Shown here piece by piece: positions 1 through 12,962 of a stretch of DNA of 64,000 bases (positions are counted from its first letter, which is position 1; every line of letters begins with the position of its first letter). The translations under genes were made by a program, and so were the position numbers. This stretch comes from Octopus sinensis. Its lineage: Eukaryota. A model generated the notes under the pieces. The model did not search any database, had not been told where the DNA came from, and worked only from the letters and a program-made list of their open reading frames with translations. The stretch lies in NCBI RefSeq assembly GCF_006345805.1, contig NC_043020.1:24056001-24120000 (forward strand). The letters run 5' to 3'.

Positions 1-190
1 AAATATTTAGGCGGGGCGGTTAATCGATGACATCGAACTCCTTGCTTATCTGCTCCACGTTTTATTAATCCCGAAACAATGAAATGCAAAGTCGACTTCG
101 GTGTCATTTCAACGCGGAACGTTAAGGCGGACGAAATACGGCAAAGCATTTTATCCGGCGTGTTAACGATTTGGCCAACTCGCTGCCTTC
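1..190 (-). mobile_element. tRNA-derived SINE, family A (degenerate)
   Basis: Matches the family A consensus seen repeatedly in the window (GAAAGGATGAAAGGCAAAGTCGAC...GAACTCAGAACGT...GACGAAATAC) with substitutions. Confidence 0.8.
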
Positions 191-204
191 TAGAGGTCAA
201 AGGT

Positions 205-378
205 CCTTTCTACTAATGGCACAAGGCTTAGAATTATGGTGATGGTAGTGTGTGTGTGTGTGTGGGGGGGCACAATTTGATTACATCCACCCCCAGCATT
301 TCACTGGTACTTAATTTTTCGACCCTGAAAAAAATGAAAGGCGAAGTCAACCTTGGCGGAATTTGAACTCAGAACATA
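205..378 (-). mobile_element. SINE family A, partial
   Basis: Contains GGTACTTAATTTTTCGACCCTGAAA...GGCGGAATTTGAACTCAGAAC. Confidence 0.8.
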
Positions 379-472
379 GAGGGGGACATTATTTACATGA
401 AACGGATATTTGTCTTCATCCGTCAAATGTAACTTATGTACATAATTCCTCTTCGCTTAAGTATAGAACTGC

Positions 473-504
<32 letters not shown>

Positions 505-859
505 TATATATTATATATATATATAGACACACACACACACACACACCACACACACACACACACACATATATATTACATATAAATTGCATATCAAAACTGA
601 TAACTGAAAATATTTTTGGAATGTACACACGCACATACACACACACACACACATATATATATAAATATATAGTCACACTCACAGACACACACGTATATAT
701 ACATACGCCCGCCCCCACACACACATACTGTACTTGCGATTGCTAGCAAGTAAATTGTTTTCCTCGTTTTTGTCCTTGTTTTTGGTAGTGGTGTTTAATG
801 GTGGTTATTTTATACAACGATAATGCAAGTTGTGATCATATCCATTTTTTAAACTTTGT

Positions 860-1245
860 ACTTATGCCGTTTCATATTTTCTATTTTGCTGTACGTAGAA
901 CCTTTCATATGTTAAGTGTTTCAGATATTTTTTCGCTGTTTTAATCATAGTTTCATACACTTTTGGTTATTGAACGTCCTGTTAAAAATACTTCTGTTGT
1001 TAGCCTTAGTGTGTTTCATATTCTTTAGGTTATTGCACTTAGCGTGTTTCATACAGTTTTTGATCGGTGGACGTTGTAAGTTAAATATATTTTATTGTTG
1101 ATATTGGCATGTTTCATAATCTGTTCGTTATTGCACTTTGCGTCCTTCATATCTATTTGGTTGTGGAACGTAGAATGTTTCATATGCCATCGATTGTTAC
1201 ATGTGGTGTGTTTCAATATATTTTTGTTGTACTTAATGAATGAAT
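860..1245. repeat. Degenerate ~33-bp minisatellite, about 11 units
   Basis: TTCAT core at 871, 904, 1015, 1048, 1113, 1146, 1179 and (TTCAA) 1212; spacing is mostly exactly 33 bp. Confidence 0.7.
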
Positions 1246-1489
1246 TAGGTTATATTTAAGTGGAGACAAGGAAATCTGGCATTAAAAAAATAAAGATTTC
1301 TTTTAATAACAATCTCTTTCTCGTTATTATTTCGTATATTTTCATTTGTCTTGCTTATTTTTTTTACACTTTGGTTTGTGCTGAGTTTTTATTTGAGAAC
1401 ACATTCTTCGTGGAAAATAGCGATTTTGACGTCTATATCTAGCATATTGACCGTCCACTTTTAGTGGTCAGTCCTTTAAATTTTGTATG

Positions 1490-1523
<34 letters not shown>

Positions 1524-2639
1524 CCTTAGTTTTAGTTATATTTGTCGTCAAGGATTAACTCGCTAATGACATATGTGTTTGTATACTGATATATATGTGT
1601 ATGTGTGTGTGGTTTTGTTTCTATGCATACATGTTGCGTAACATCTTAGTGTGGTCTAGTGAAACATGTGTAAAGCGTATATAATTTACGATGTTATAGA
1701 CCAGTTCTTAAGCGAATCTCCGATTCGATTCTGATCCTCCTGAACATATTCTGTAATCTGTTCAAATATATAACAGCAAACGAATATTGGAGTTAAATAT
1801 TTGATTGGAAGTTGGTCATGCTTGGATTCACGTGGCGTTATTATCGATATTATGCTCCGATATATCATTGTTGTAGTCTGAAATCCCTGGGAGTTCCGAC
1901 TCTTGTAACAAAGATCTTTATCTTGGTGATAAAGTGCAAGTGATGAAGTCTCAGCCTATTACCAAAAGATATTGTACTGATACCATTCATTCCTCACTTC
2001 TGAGTAAAGAACATTTTGATGCTTTCTCTGTTGCATCTCTGTTGTGGATTTGTTAAGATGAATATACCAATGAGCCTAAATAACGCATTTTGACAGCTAG
2101 CTGCCGATAGACGCTCGTGTTAGCATCTTTCGTTTTTGAGGTTGTGATGTATTACGGAACACACTTAGATACACCTAACTGTATGCATGCGTATCTGTGT
2201 GTATATATATGCGTGTGTGTGTGTGTGTGTGTGCATTGATATATGCCTGTATACATACACACACATACACATAAACACGCATATATATACACATTTATAT
2301 GAGTATGTATGTAGCTATACGTATATCTGTTTACGTGTGCACGTCTGTGCGTGTGCGTATCCAAGTATGTATGTATGTATGTATGTATGTATGTATGTAT
2401 GTATGTATGTATGTATGTATACACTGTGTGTGAGTGTGTTAACGAATGACTGTTCCACCACCATTGCCACGGTATCTATAGGAATTACCATTATAACTTC
2501 ATTACAACAGAATTCCACGGCAATGAAATTTCATTGCCGTGAAATTCGTTGCAATAAATTTCTCGTCAGAGACATGTTTTACTTATTCTTCTTCAAATCG
2601 GGAAAGTTCTTGTGAGAAAGTAATTATAAACATTACCAG

Positions 2640-2960
2640 TTCCACTAAGAATGAGCAATAAAATGGAAATAAATTTTATTAATGGTTCATATTTTGATAA
2701 TGCCAAGATCGTTAGAGTTTCTCCTTACCATCTTTTCGCCCCAAGTCACCCCTGTTGGAAAAGGCAGACGGAGAAATATTACTAACAAGTCTATATAGTT
2801 TTGAAGTTGGAGGAATTAAAAACTCTACTGCGTCTCCCTAATTTTTCTTCCTCTCAATTTTTTGCTGAAGAAAAACTTTGTCCGAAACGTCAAGTTTTTC
2901 ACTTGTCAGAGCTTGTTCACGATACTCTTTCCATCTAAATTACTAAATGATATATTTTTG
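2640..2960 (+). mobile_element. Penelope-like terminal-repeat relic with decayed hammerhead motif
   Basis: CTGAAGAAAAACTTTGTCCGAAACGTC at 2865-2891 has the hammerhead core order CTGANGA...GAAAC-GTH, but stems I and II are broken. Confidence 0.45.
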
Positions 2961-3547
2961 AACCTGAGTGCATATTTAGAACATCATTAGCTAATGTGCC
3001 TTGTCTGTTTGATGTTATTAAGGCTTAAATCCCAGATCATCCTTATCCTTGCAGTGTCACCGCACATTATCAAAGAAATTACAACTCCGAATGCACCTTC
3101 ATTTTTGCTGATAGTTTTTTTAATTTTAATTTTCGTTAATTTCTTCACCTGTAGATCTTTCTTTACTTCGTGGCAGACAGAAGACAAAATAGATAAATAA
3201 AATAGCAATTAATAAAAAAAAAAAGGAAAGAGAATGTATTTGAACCTGTTCCTCAATAAATCTCACCGTTTTAGAAAAGTTTACACAAAGTAATTCTGGA
3301 TGCAGTATAGTCAGCAAACAAATGGGATGGTCATGGCTAGAGTGCATTTGACAATACCTCTGCTGACACAGATGCTAAACAGCAACAACACAAACAGGCA
3401 TCTATTTTAAACAAATTAAAGAGTTAATTCGACAGTGAAAAAAGTTACATTTGAAACAAGGCTGTATGGACAAATGTCTTCTGCTATAACGCGAGCTGAT
3501 CAAGGTCATATGAGTGTATTTGGTAGACGGAAACAGAAAGAAGCCCG

Positions 3548-3584
<37 letters not shown>

Positions 3585-3896
3585 CATATATATACATGCA
3601 TATATACATACATATATATATCATCATATGTGGGCACAGGGCGTCACGAAACGTGTAGAACAAAAGAGTAAGAAGCATGAGTACATGGAACATGAATTAC
3701 TCTTTCGAACAACGAAAGACACAAATGGAAAACAAAACAAACAAACATAAAGAACGACCTTTCATCAGTTGTTGGCTGTTTTCTAATCTCGTATTTCGAG
3801 CATTTAACAACAATATACGCTTTCGATAAAATAGTTGCTCTTGCAAAGCAAATTAATTAAAATTTGGGATTTTGCGGAGGGTCTCTCTCTCTCTCA

Positions 3897-3949
<53 letters not shown>

Positions 3950-4604
3950 GTATTGGTGTGTTTATCATCCACCACTATATCACTACTATTTCACATTCCC
4001 GTAACTAAGCGGTTGGAGAAAAGAGGCCGATAGAATAAGTAACATTCATAAAAATACCTATTGGGATCGATTAGTTCCGCTGAAACGCTTCAAGGTAGTG
4101 CCCCACTATGACCACACTCTAACGGCTAAAATAAATAAAAGGATAGCATAAATCTGTGCGGATTATAAGAACTTCCGGACTATCAGTGTCCCGAAAACCG
4201 GTGTACTATCTGTATTTAACGATTTATCTCTTAGCTGCTTTTTTTTTCGTTCTCCTCAAATAAAATATTTTTACGCCAGCAAATATAAATATCTCGAATT
4301 CTATATTTTTGTTCCCCAAAGTCTACCCAATTTCATGTATATAATTTCGAAAAATTAACGTAGTAAAAAAGAAAAACAGTTTTCTCAAAGCTCTACCGAG
4401 AACTCGTTTCTTCAAATTTATGAATCATGTGACTTAACTTCGGTGCACTGCTGCTGCAGCTGCTGCTGGTGGTGCTACTGTCATTACTGCTGCAGTTTGT
4501 AACGCTGTTTCAAGACGCGAATTCATTTTACCGATTCACTTTTGTGTAGAATTGGTTTCTTGCAATCTTGTTTTCTTAGTCTTGAAACCAGAGTCTTTAA
4601 TCTA

Positions 4605-5140
4605 TACTCCTCTAGGCACAAGGCCCGAAATTTTGGGGGAGGTGACCAGTCGATTAGATCGACCCCAGTACCCACCGAAAGATAAAAAGCAAAGTCGACT
4701 CAGAACGTAAAGACAGACGAAATACCTATTTCTTTACTACCACAAATGGTTAAACACAGAGAGGACAAACAAGGATAGACAAATGGATTAAGTCGATTAT
4801 ATCAACCCCAGTGCGTAACTGCTACTTATTTAATCGACCTCGAAAGGATGAAAGGCAAAGTCGACCTCGGTGGAATTTGAACTCAGAACGTATAGACAGA
4901 CGAAATACCTATTTCTCTACTACCCACAAGGGGCTAAACACTGAGAGGACAAACAAGGACAGACAAATGGATTAAGTCGATTATATCGACCCCAGTGCGT
5001 AACTGCTTCTTATTTAATCGACCCCGAAAGGATGAAAGGCAATGTCAACCTCGGCTGAATTTGAACTCAGAACGTAGCAGCAGACGAAATACTGCTAAGC
5101 ATTTCGCCCAGCGTGTTAATGATTCTGCCAACTCGCCGCC
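4605..5140 (-). mobile_element. SINE family A, head-to-tail multimer (3 units)
   Basis: Three tandem bodies joined at GACGAAATAC|CTATTTCT; a tRNA-like head is present only at the right end (GATTCTGCCAACTCGCCGCC). Confidence 0.9.
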
Positions 5141-5553
5141 TTTTTATACAAAAATAATGAATAAAAAACAAAAAAGAGATAATAATGTTTTGTGCATATT
5201 TTTTTCTAATTCTTTCACTTCAAACAATCTTATTTTTAGACAAATTCCTTATGTGAAGAAGAACAATAATTATCCAGTTGATCTCCAGTGTTTCATGCAT
5301 TTAAAAATATTGAGAAGCGATAAATTCGACTATAAAGGGATTTCAGACAATACCACGAGGTTTTCTACCGTTCTTCTTATCTTATTAATTTCCCGTTTTA
5401 TTGATAAAACAACAGAAATAAAGATTTCTGTGTAAACCGTTAAATATTCTATTTATAGGAGAGGGCTTACGCTCGGTCGTTCGACCTACCAGGAAAGGCA
5501 ACTATACCTCCATCAAATTATACCTTACAGTCTTAGATATCTTGTCAATAGAC

Positions 5554-5932
5554 TGCGGACATACTGGAGCATCACCTTGAAGAATTTTAGTCGAATGAAT
5601 TGAACCCAGTAGTTAGATTTTAAGCCTGGTACTTATTCTATCGCTTCCTTTTTGCCGAATCGCTAGTTACCGGAACGTAAACTTAGCGGTTGTGAAGCAG
5701 TGGCAGGGACAAACAGACACAAGGACACGCACGTATATTTCTTTTCTTTTAGTTGTTTCAGTCATTTGACTGCGGCCATGATGGAGCACCGCATTTTAGT
5801 CGAACAAAACGACCCCAAGACTTATTCTTTGTAAGCCTAGTATATATTCTATCAGTCTCTTTTGCCGAACCACTAAGCACACCGATATCGGTTGTCAAGC
5901 GATGGTAGTGGTGGGGACAAACGCACACACAC

Positions 5933-6013
<81 letters not shown>

Positions 6014-6345
6014 ATATATATACGACGGGCTTCTTTCAGTTTCCGTCTACAAAATCCACTCACAAGCCTTTGGTCGGCCGAGGCTTATAGTAGAAGATAC
6101 TTGCGCAAGGTGTCACATCATGGAACTGAATCCTGAACCACGTGGTTGGGATGCAAGCTTCTTACCACACAACCGCACCTACGCCTATATATATATATAT
6201 ATATATAATATATATATATATTATATATATATATTTGGCCCGAGTCTATATTAGACACGTACCCACGTTGCCACGCAGTGAGACCGAACCCGGAACCATG
6301 CTGTTGAGAAGCAAGCTTCTTACTACACAGCCACACCAGCTGTGT
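5554..6345 (-). mobile_element. SINE family B cluster (CORE-like; one complete copy plus partial tail and partial head)
   Basis: Tail TTTCAGTCATTTGACTGCGGCCATG, internal (TA)n, body CGGGCTTCTTTCAGTTTCCGTCTAC, tRNA-like head GAACCCGGAACCATG...CCACACAGCCAC. Confidence 0.9.
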
Positions 6346-6839
6346 ATACATTTAAATATAGTAACATGAATCTGGATGTAATTTAGTTAGGAAACCGACG
6401 GGTTGGCCATGGCTAACCAAAATAAATGAAAAAACAAACAAACTTAAGTTTCAGTGAAGGAAGAAGTTCATTCGACAGTAAAAAGATTTAGACTTCAAGC
6501 CAAGCAAGCAGTTCTGTGCTTTTGTTACTGGGGGTCAATGTCGGCTGCTATTTCTAGTAAAGCTGGAGCTCCTACTGAAAGGCATTGTGAATACCTAATG
6601 TGATTCCTTTGTATTAATTAGCGTGAAAATTAACGCCAGCACAGTGAAGTGGTTTTGGAAAGGTTGTTGTTTCAAGATTCGTTTATTTTATAAATTTACA
6701 TTTGTATGGCGGCAGTCTTCAAACCAGTATCATTTCAAAATATTGTTTTACAGAAGAATTAAGAATAAAAAAAGGGTAATACAGTTTTTTTTATGTTTCT
6801 CTTCTACCTGTTTCATTTTAAAACAATTTATAAAAAGAA

Positions 6840-8156
6840 TCTTTACTTGAAATGGTCTAATGGTCCGGTTAAATTTCTCGGGGTCTCCCGGGAAAGAAAA
6901 CTGGAACGAGGTGAGGAACAGTGTGGCCAGTCTCACCCAGAAATAGGTCGAGAGGAAGTTGTCCCTGAAAGGTCGAGCCATGGTAGTAAATTCGTACATC
7001 GCATCCGTCATCTATTACCGCATGACCGTCGTCGCATATTCTTCCGCTTTCTGTGGAAATGTCGCATTCGGCTAGTAAGGCGCTCCATCTGCTGTCAACA
7101 GTGGCAGAATGGAGGCCTAGGTATGCCGTGGTTGCTCATCCGCAGACATACTCTCAGGCTACGTCATTTCCTTGCTTTGCCATAGCTAGTCTCTTTAACT
7201 GAGATGCAATTCTGTATTAGGTGTAGACCGTGGAGGGGCGCTTGGCACCTTGAGTGCCGTCAAGCGCTCACAGCCCACCGCCAGGCGAACAATGCAGTCG
7301 GTGGCAGTTCCACTCTAGCGTTCTATAAAGGGTTAGTAGCGGGAACGTGCGACGATGTTCTCTGAGAAACTCTAGGCGTCGACGAGGATCAACTTATTGA
7401 TCTGTTTCGGAAAACTTTCAAGCCTGCGCCTATGGATAACTTCCAGAAATCCCTCGCCTAGCAGTACTACGGAGGGGCGCTTCCCATTCGGGATAAACTT
7501 TACAGGCATGGAAGTGCCGTCAACCGAACCTGTTCTAGGTGCACGCAGAGCGATAAAACTGTTTTTCACGCCTTCGTCCAGTGCCCGAGCATTGCTGACC
7601 TGTGGGTTTATGTCGAACACCTGCAGTCGCGTGCAGGGAGGATCCAGCTATCAACTGAATCCATAGTGAAGATTGCCCCGCTACCCTCCTTTGGCAGGCA
7701 ATTTTTATTTGTCTGGTGGCTATAGTGAAAGAAGTAGTATGGTGGACCCGTTTGAAAGGTCTAACAATAGACTCTTCCTTCTTCGGCCAACTTCAAGTTT
7801 CACATGAAGAGGAAAGCGAGGGTGAGGAGGGAAGTGTTGCTTTCTAGCAAGTTTATTGAAAGATGGGTGAATGGCGGAAGAATGGTCAGTGTGGAAGGAC
7901 GAATTATGAGTATACACCTGTGAAAAATAAAAGGAGGGCTCTTGCCCTGTTGGTCAGGCAACCGTGTCTTTTGTGGGTTTTTCCACGAGTAGTCTTAAGG
8001 GGCTTCCACTTTTGGGAGTTTTATATTGTTTAATTTTGATTGTTTTTACTGTTTACACGCAGTAAAACTCATTATATCGTCTTATGTGTTATGTTGTTGC
8101 ATGTCCTTTTATGTATATTTATATTAGCCCTTGTGACCAATAAAAGAATAAAATTA
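6840..8156 (+). mobile_element. 5'-truncated L1/Tx1-clade LINE (RT thumb, CCHC knuckle, 3' UTR), frameshifted
   Basis: Translated pieces WSNGPVKFLGV, GRAMVVNSYIASVIY, RRSICCQQWQNGGLGMP, GALPIRDKL, and CSRCTQSDKTVFHAFVQCP (CX2CX8HX4C) near 7540; A-rich end with AATAAA near 8139. Confidence 0.85.
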
Positions 8157-8169
8157 TCAATATCATCTC

Positions 8170-8310
8170 GTCCGTCCTTTGATTCTAAGTCGATAAATTG
8201 AGTACCAGTGAAACACTGAGGTCGATGTAATCAACTGGCTCCCCTCTCCCACCCGAAATTTCAGGCCTTGTGCCTAAAAGGGATTATTGTGCCTGAAAGG
8301 GATTATTATT
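8170..8310 (+). mobile_element. SINE family A, 3' part
   Basis: GTCGATAAATTGAGTACCAG...GAAATTTCAGGCCTTGTGCC followed by a GGATTATT tail. Confidence 0.8.
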
Positions 8311-8397
8311 TTTTTTATTGTTCATCTATCGACACGGTTTGCACATCGCTGCATAGGTTTTGCTATTATTCATATTGTTATACATTATTTTACATTT

Positions 8398-8590
8398 TTT
8401 CTTTTATTTGTCATTTGACTGCGGCCATGCTGGAGCACCGCCTTTAGTCGAGCAAATCGACCCCAGGACTTATTCTTTGTAAGCATAGTACTTATTCTAT
8501 CGGTCACTCTTGCCGAACCGCTAAGTTACGGGGACGTAAACACACCAGCATCGGTTGTCAAGTGATGGTGGGGGAGGGACAAACACAGAC
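8398..8590 (-). mobile_element. SINE family B, 3' half
   Basis: GTCATTTGACTGCGGCCATGCTGGAGCACCGCCTTTAGTCGAGC...CATCGGTTGTCAAG. Confidence 0.9.
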
Positions 8591-8595
8591 AGACA

Positions 8596-8630
<35 letters not shown>

Positions 8631-9989
8631 CTTTACCTTTCATTCTTTCAGGGTCAGTAAAATAATTATGAGTCAAACACTGGGGTAGATGTAATCGACT
8701 TTCTCCGACGTTTCAGACCTTGTGCCTATTGGAGAAAGGATATTTATTATTCTCGTTTTTAAACTTATTTCTACAGATTGTCTATGAAAATTAGAGTCAG
8801 CATTGAAAGCTACGAATACGTCTATGCAAACAATGCGATCGGATATAGAAAAATGGGTGTATATGCATATTTCGGGAATTATTGATCTTTCTTCCGCATA
8901 GAATTTAGACCCATCATTGAAAATCTGTAGAGATAATATTAAAAAGTGGTTGAATCCTATTGTTATCACAGGTAGGACACAGTATTGACTTGATATACTC
9001 GGTAGCATATTATCGTTGCAAAATGAAGTACGTAGTCCCTACCAGCAATTAATATTATTATCCCATATCGATAACGATAATTGAGATTTAATCCTCAGGA
9101 AAATATAACAAAAGTTTTATTTTCCCGTAACTGAAGATTACTGTCACCAGTATTTTTGCTATGGCGCCTTCCAGTTATATTTTTATCATTTCACTAGCTT
9201 TCTTTTACTATGAATATTTAAAATGTAATGGGTTTTCGGCTGAGGAAAAAAAACTGGCAATGATGAATATGTGGAAGAAAAAGGGGAATGAAAAAATAAA
9301 ACGGAATAATTAATTGAAAAAAGAAAGAATGGAATAAAGAATAGAGCATGAATAGGTTATTGTGTCTGTTACATTCAGCATTGCTTTCATTCATTTGTTG
9401 GTTCGTTCGTTCATTCATAAATTCATTCTACGTTTTCCTTCTCTTTTATTTTCCATTGGCAACAAAACTAGAATTTATGCTCTACTTCCTAAATTGATCA
9501 ATTATTTAAAATCAGTCGAAAACTAGAAGCCAAACAGTTTGAAACTTAATAATATAATGATAATAATAATAATGATGATAATAATAATTATAATTACTGA
9601 CGGTTATAACAATGAAAATAATAATAATGATAATAATGACAATAACAACGCTGAAAATATTAAGATATCAACAAAAAATGAGAAAAAAAATAATAGTAAT
9701 AATAATTGACCAACCCGACAAAATGCTGACCTCCTGGCTGTTCCAAAATTCGTAGAGAGATTACAGGTCTAGTAATTGAATTTCAGTGCAGCACGACTTG
9801 CGAGTTTGGTCTCGGCCATGTTTAATATTTTTTTCTTGTTTTTCGCAACAGACTTTAATTCATTCTCCATTATTGAACTTTTGGTAAACAGCCAAATTTA
9901 TAAACTTTGAACTCTCTTAAGGTTTTCCTTAGTTGATTGCAATCTTCCGCTACTTATTGCTTCAACTCTACCATTACTGCTGCTACTAC

Positions 9990-9990
9990 A

Positions 9991-10061
<71 letters not shown>

Positions 10062-10085
10062 TAATAATAATAACAATAATAATAA
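9990..10085. repeat. (AAT)n microsatellite
   Basis: Direct observation. Confidence 0.95.
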
Positions 10086-10249
10086 TGTTTATTGTTTTGT
10101 AGTAGTAGGTGCAGTAGTAGTTATAGCAGCAATTGTAGTAGTTGTAATAGCAGTACTAGTTTTGTTATCTTCAAGATGGCTCATCGATTATTGAAATGCG
10201 TGTTCACTATGAATGTATGTTTGTCTCTGCCCGTTTGCATGAGTGAATG

Positions 10250-10256
10250 TTTGTGT

Positions 10257-10294
<38 letters not shown>

Positions 10295-10388
10295 TGTGTT
10301 GTGTGTGTGTGTGTGTATGTGTGTGTGTATGTGTGTGTGTATGCGCGTGTGTGTGTGTATGTGTGTGTGTGTATGTGTGTGTGTATGT

Positions 10389-10472
<84 letters not shown>

Positions 10473-10570
10473 TGTGTGTGTGGTGTGTGTGTGTGTGGTG
10501 TGTGTGTGTGTTGTGTGTGTGTGTGGTGTGTGTGTGTGTGTGTTGTGTGTGTGGTGTGTGTGTGTGTGTA
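10250..10570. repeat. Long imperfect (GT)n microsatellite
   Basis: Direct observation; it produces several spurious CV/HT ORFs. Confidence 0.95.
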
Positions 10571-10967
10571 TGGAAAGTGTTATCGTTTGACCTCTCAGCT
10601 TCCTCGATTTCAAGCTTAAACACAAGGTTTGCTCAACTATCAATTACCGTCCTTATGTTTCAGTCATGAGAAGGCACTGAAGGGAAACAATATGATTTGA
10701 AGGTCAGCATCCATACTCCACACAAAGACGGAGGCAGACACGGGAGCGATCACACACACACACGCACACACACACACACACACGCACTGACATACACACA
10801 CATGCGCGCGCGCACACGCACACATATATATAATGTTTACTATTAAGCATCTAGATATACATACAACTGTACTTACATGTGAATGACTATATCTGTGTTT
10901 GCATTTATACACATGAATGTGCATACCTGTGTGTGTATGTGTTTATGTATGTATCTATGTATCTATG

Positions 10968-11014
<47 letters not shown>

Positions 11015-11045
11015 ATATATATATATATATATACATACACGCACG

Positions 11046-11098
<53 letters not shown>

Positions 11099-11125
11099 TA
11101 TATATATATATAATATATATATATA

Positions 11126-11278
11126 CATAATATTGATTACATGTGCGAGCGAGAGTTTTAGTTTACATACGCTTCTGTGCGTTAGACTGAGTAATTCAAA
11201 CCCAGTAGGAACGTAATCAATACAGGGGAGCCAAGTACACACACACACACACAAACAAACACACACACACACACACAC

Positions 11279-11331
<53 letters not shown>

Positions 11332-11490
11332 CATAATATTGATTACATGTGCGAGCGAGAGTTTTAGTTTACATACGCTTCTGTGCGTTAGACTGAGTAA
11401 TTCAAACCCAGTAGGAACGTAATCAATACAGGGGAGCCAAGTACACACACACACACACAAACAAACACACACACACACACACACACAAAT
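11126..11490. repeat. Tandem duplication, period ~206 bp
   Basis: Identical unique core CATAATATTGATTACATG...GGGGAGCCAAGTAC starts at 11126 and 11332. Confidence 0.95.
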
Positions 11491-12499
11491 ACATACACGT
11501 ATATGTTTAGGTTTATAATTTTCCGTGAAAGAGCCATGAAACGTGACCTTTGCCTCGGTTTCAGCTTAAAGATTTCCTTTATTAAATATCCGTTCACCTG
11601 ACGATCACTTCTGCCGGAAACAGCTATAAAAATTAAAGCGATATTTACACATACTTTATGCAACTATTCATATACATGTTCACAAATACAAAACACGAAT
11701 ACAAACAAAAACAGCGTACACACCCACACACACACACGCACACACACACACATCTATATCTGTATAATCGCACTTATATCAAGAATTGTTTTCAGTACAT
11801 CAATTGTATCTCAATTTTCCAATAATAGGGTGTGAGTGTGCACGTGTATATGCTTGTGAATGTGTGTGTCAGTGTGCGGGGACACACACACACTCACACA
11901 CACACATACACACGCTCTTAGAGTATGGTATATATTCATTTTTGAAATATCTAAGGCTCCACATGCGGACGTCACGTGTGTATATTTTATAACCAAAATA
12001 ACTACCTTTTATGTCACGGCTGATATTGCTCTAAACGCTGCCCCAAGATGAATTTCCCTTCGATAATAGACAGTGATAGACACAATTTCCAGTAACGTAT
12101 AAACTAGTGTTTAAGTGGTTCCGAAGTTGTTTTCTATTCACATATGATATGAGAGAGTGTAGTAAATCGTTGCTTCATCCAATAAAAATGCTTATTTTCT
12201 AGGTGTTGCTTCGCTAGTTACAATTGTTCAGAATCCTCTTGATTTTTATATCTAAGACAACCAACCATGAATGATAGATTGTCCAACTCCCATAGAGGCA
12301 CATTCTCTGCTAGACAGAAAGACGGAAATAGTTACGCGAAATCACCTTTCGAAATAATGTAGTAGCAGTGATTGGTTGTTTAAGTGTAGAACTAGATGCT
12401 AAACCATCGAAGAGTGCACACTTGAAATTCTACAGTTACAAATCATTTATCCGATGTGACATCAGAGAATTAAATAAAATCCATTTAAAACTTTTATCT

Positions 12500-12870
12500 T
12501 TTCCTTGTTTCGACCATTAGACCGTGGCCCTGCTGGGGCACAACCACCTTGCAGGATCTTTTCATCGAATGACTCGAACCCCCACTACTAATGATTTTAA
12601 GCTTAGTACTTACTCTTTTGGTTACTTTTGCTGAATTGCTAAGTTACAGGGACGTAAACACGCAACACCAGTTGTCAAGTGATGGTGGGACAAACACACA
12701 CACATATGCGACGGGCTTCTTTCAGTTTCCGTCTACCAAATCCACCCACACGGCTTCGACCGGCCCGAGGCTATAGTAGAAGACGCTTGTCCGAGGCTTT
12801 ACACAATGAAAATGAACCTGGGAGCATGTAGTTGGGAAACAAGCTTCTTACCACGCAGCCACGCCGGCTT
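12500..12870 (-). mobile_element. SINE family B, complete, diverged
   Basis: Tail, body and tRNA-like head all match family B. Confidence 0.85.
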
Positions 12871-12924
12871 AGATTTGATAACCATCGTTTTATCAATTAT
12901 ATATGGGAGAGAGAAAGTGTGTGT

Positions 12925-12962
<38 letters not shown>

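Noticed and set aside
1686-2100. Non-repetitive stretch with a 60-aa ORF
   Set aside because: No recognisable motif in any frame I read, and stops are frequent; I could not support an exon or a TE call.
3640-3870. CTGATGA and CGAAA motifs on the minus strand as a possible hammerhead
   Set aside because: I could not form stems I and III with a valid NUH site.
4434-4526. Short minus-strand ORF with poly-Ala (MNSRLETALQTAAVMTVAPPAAAAAAVHRS)
   Set aside because: Only 30 codons, explained by a degenerate (CTG)n repeat; no splice or homology support.
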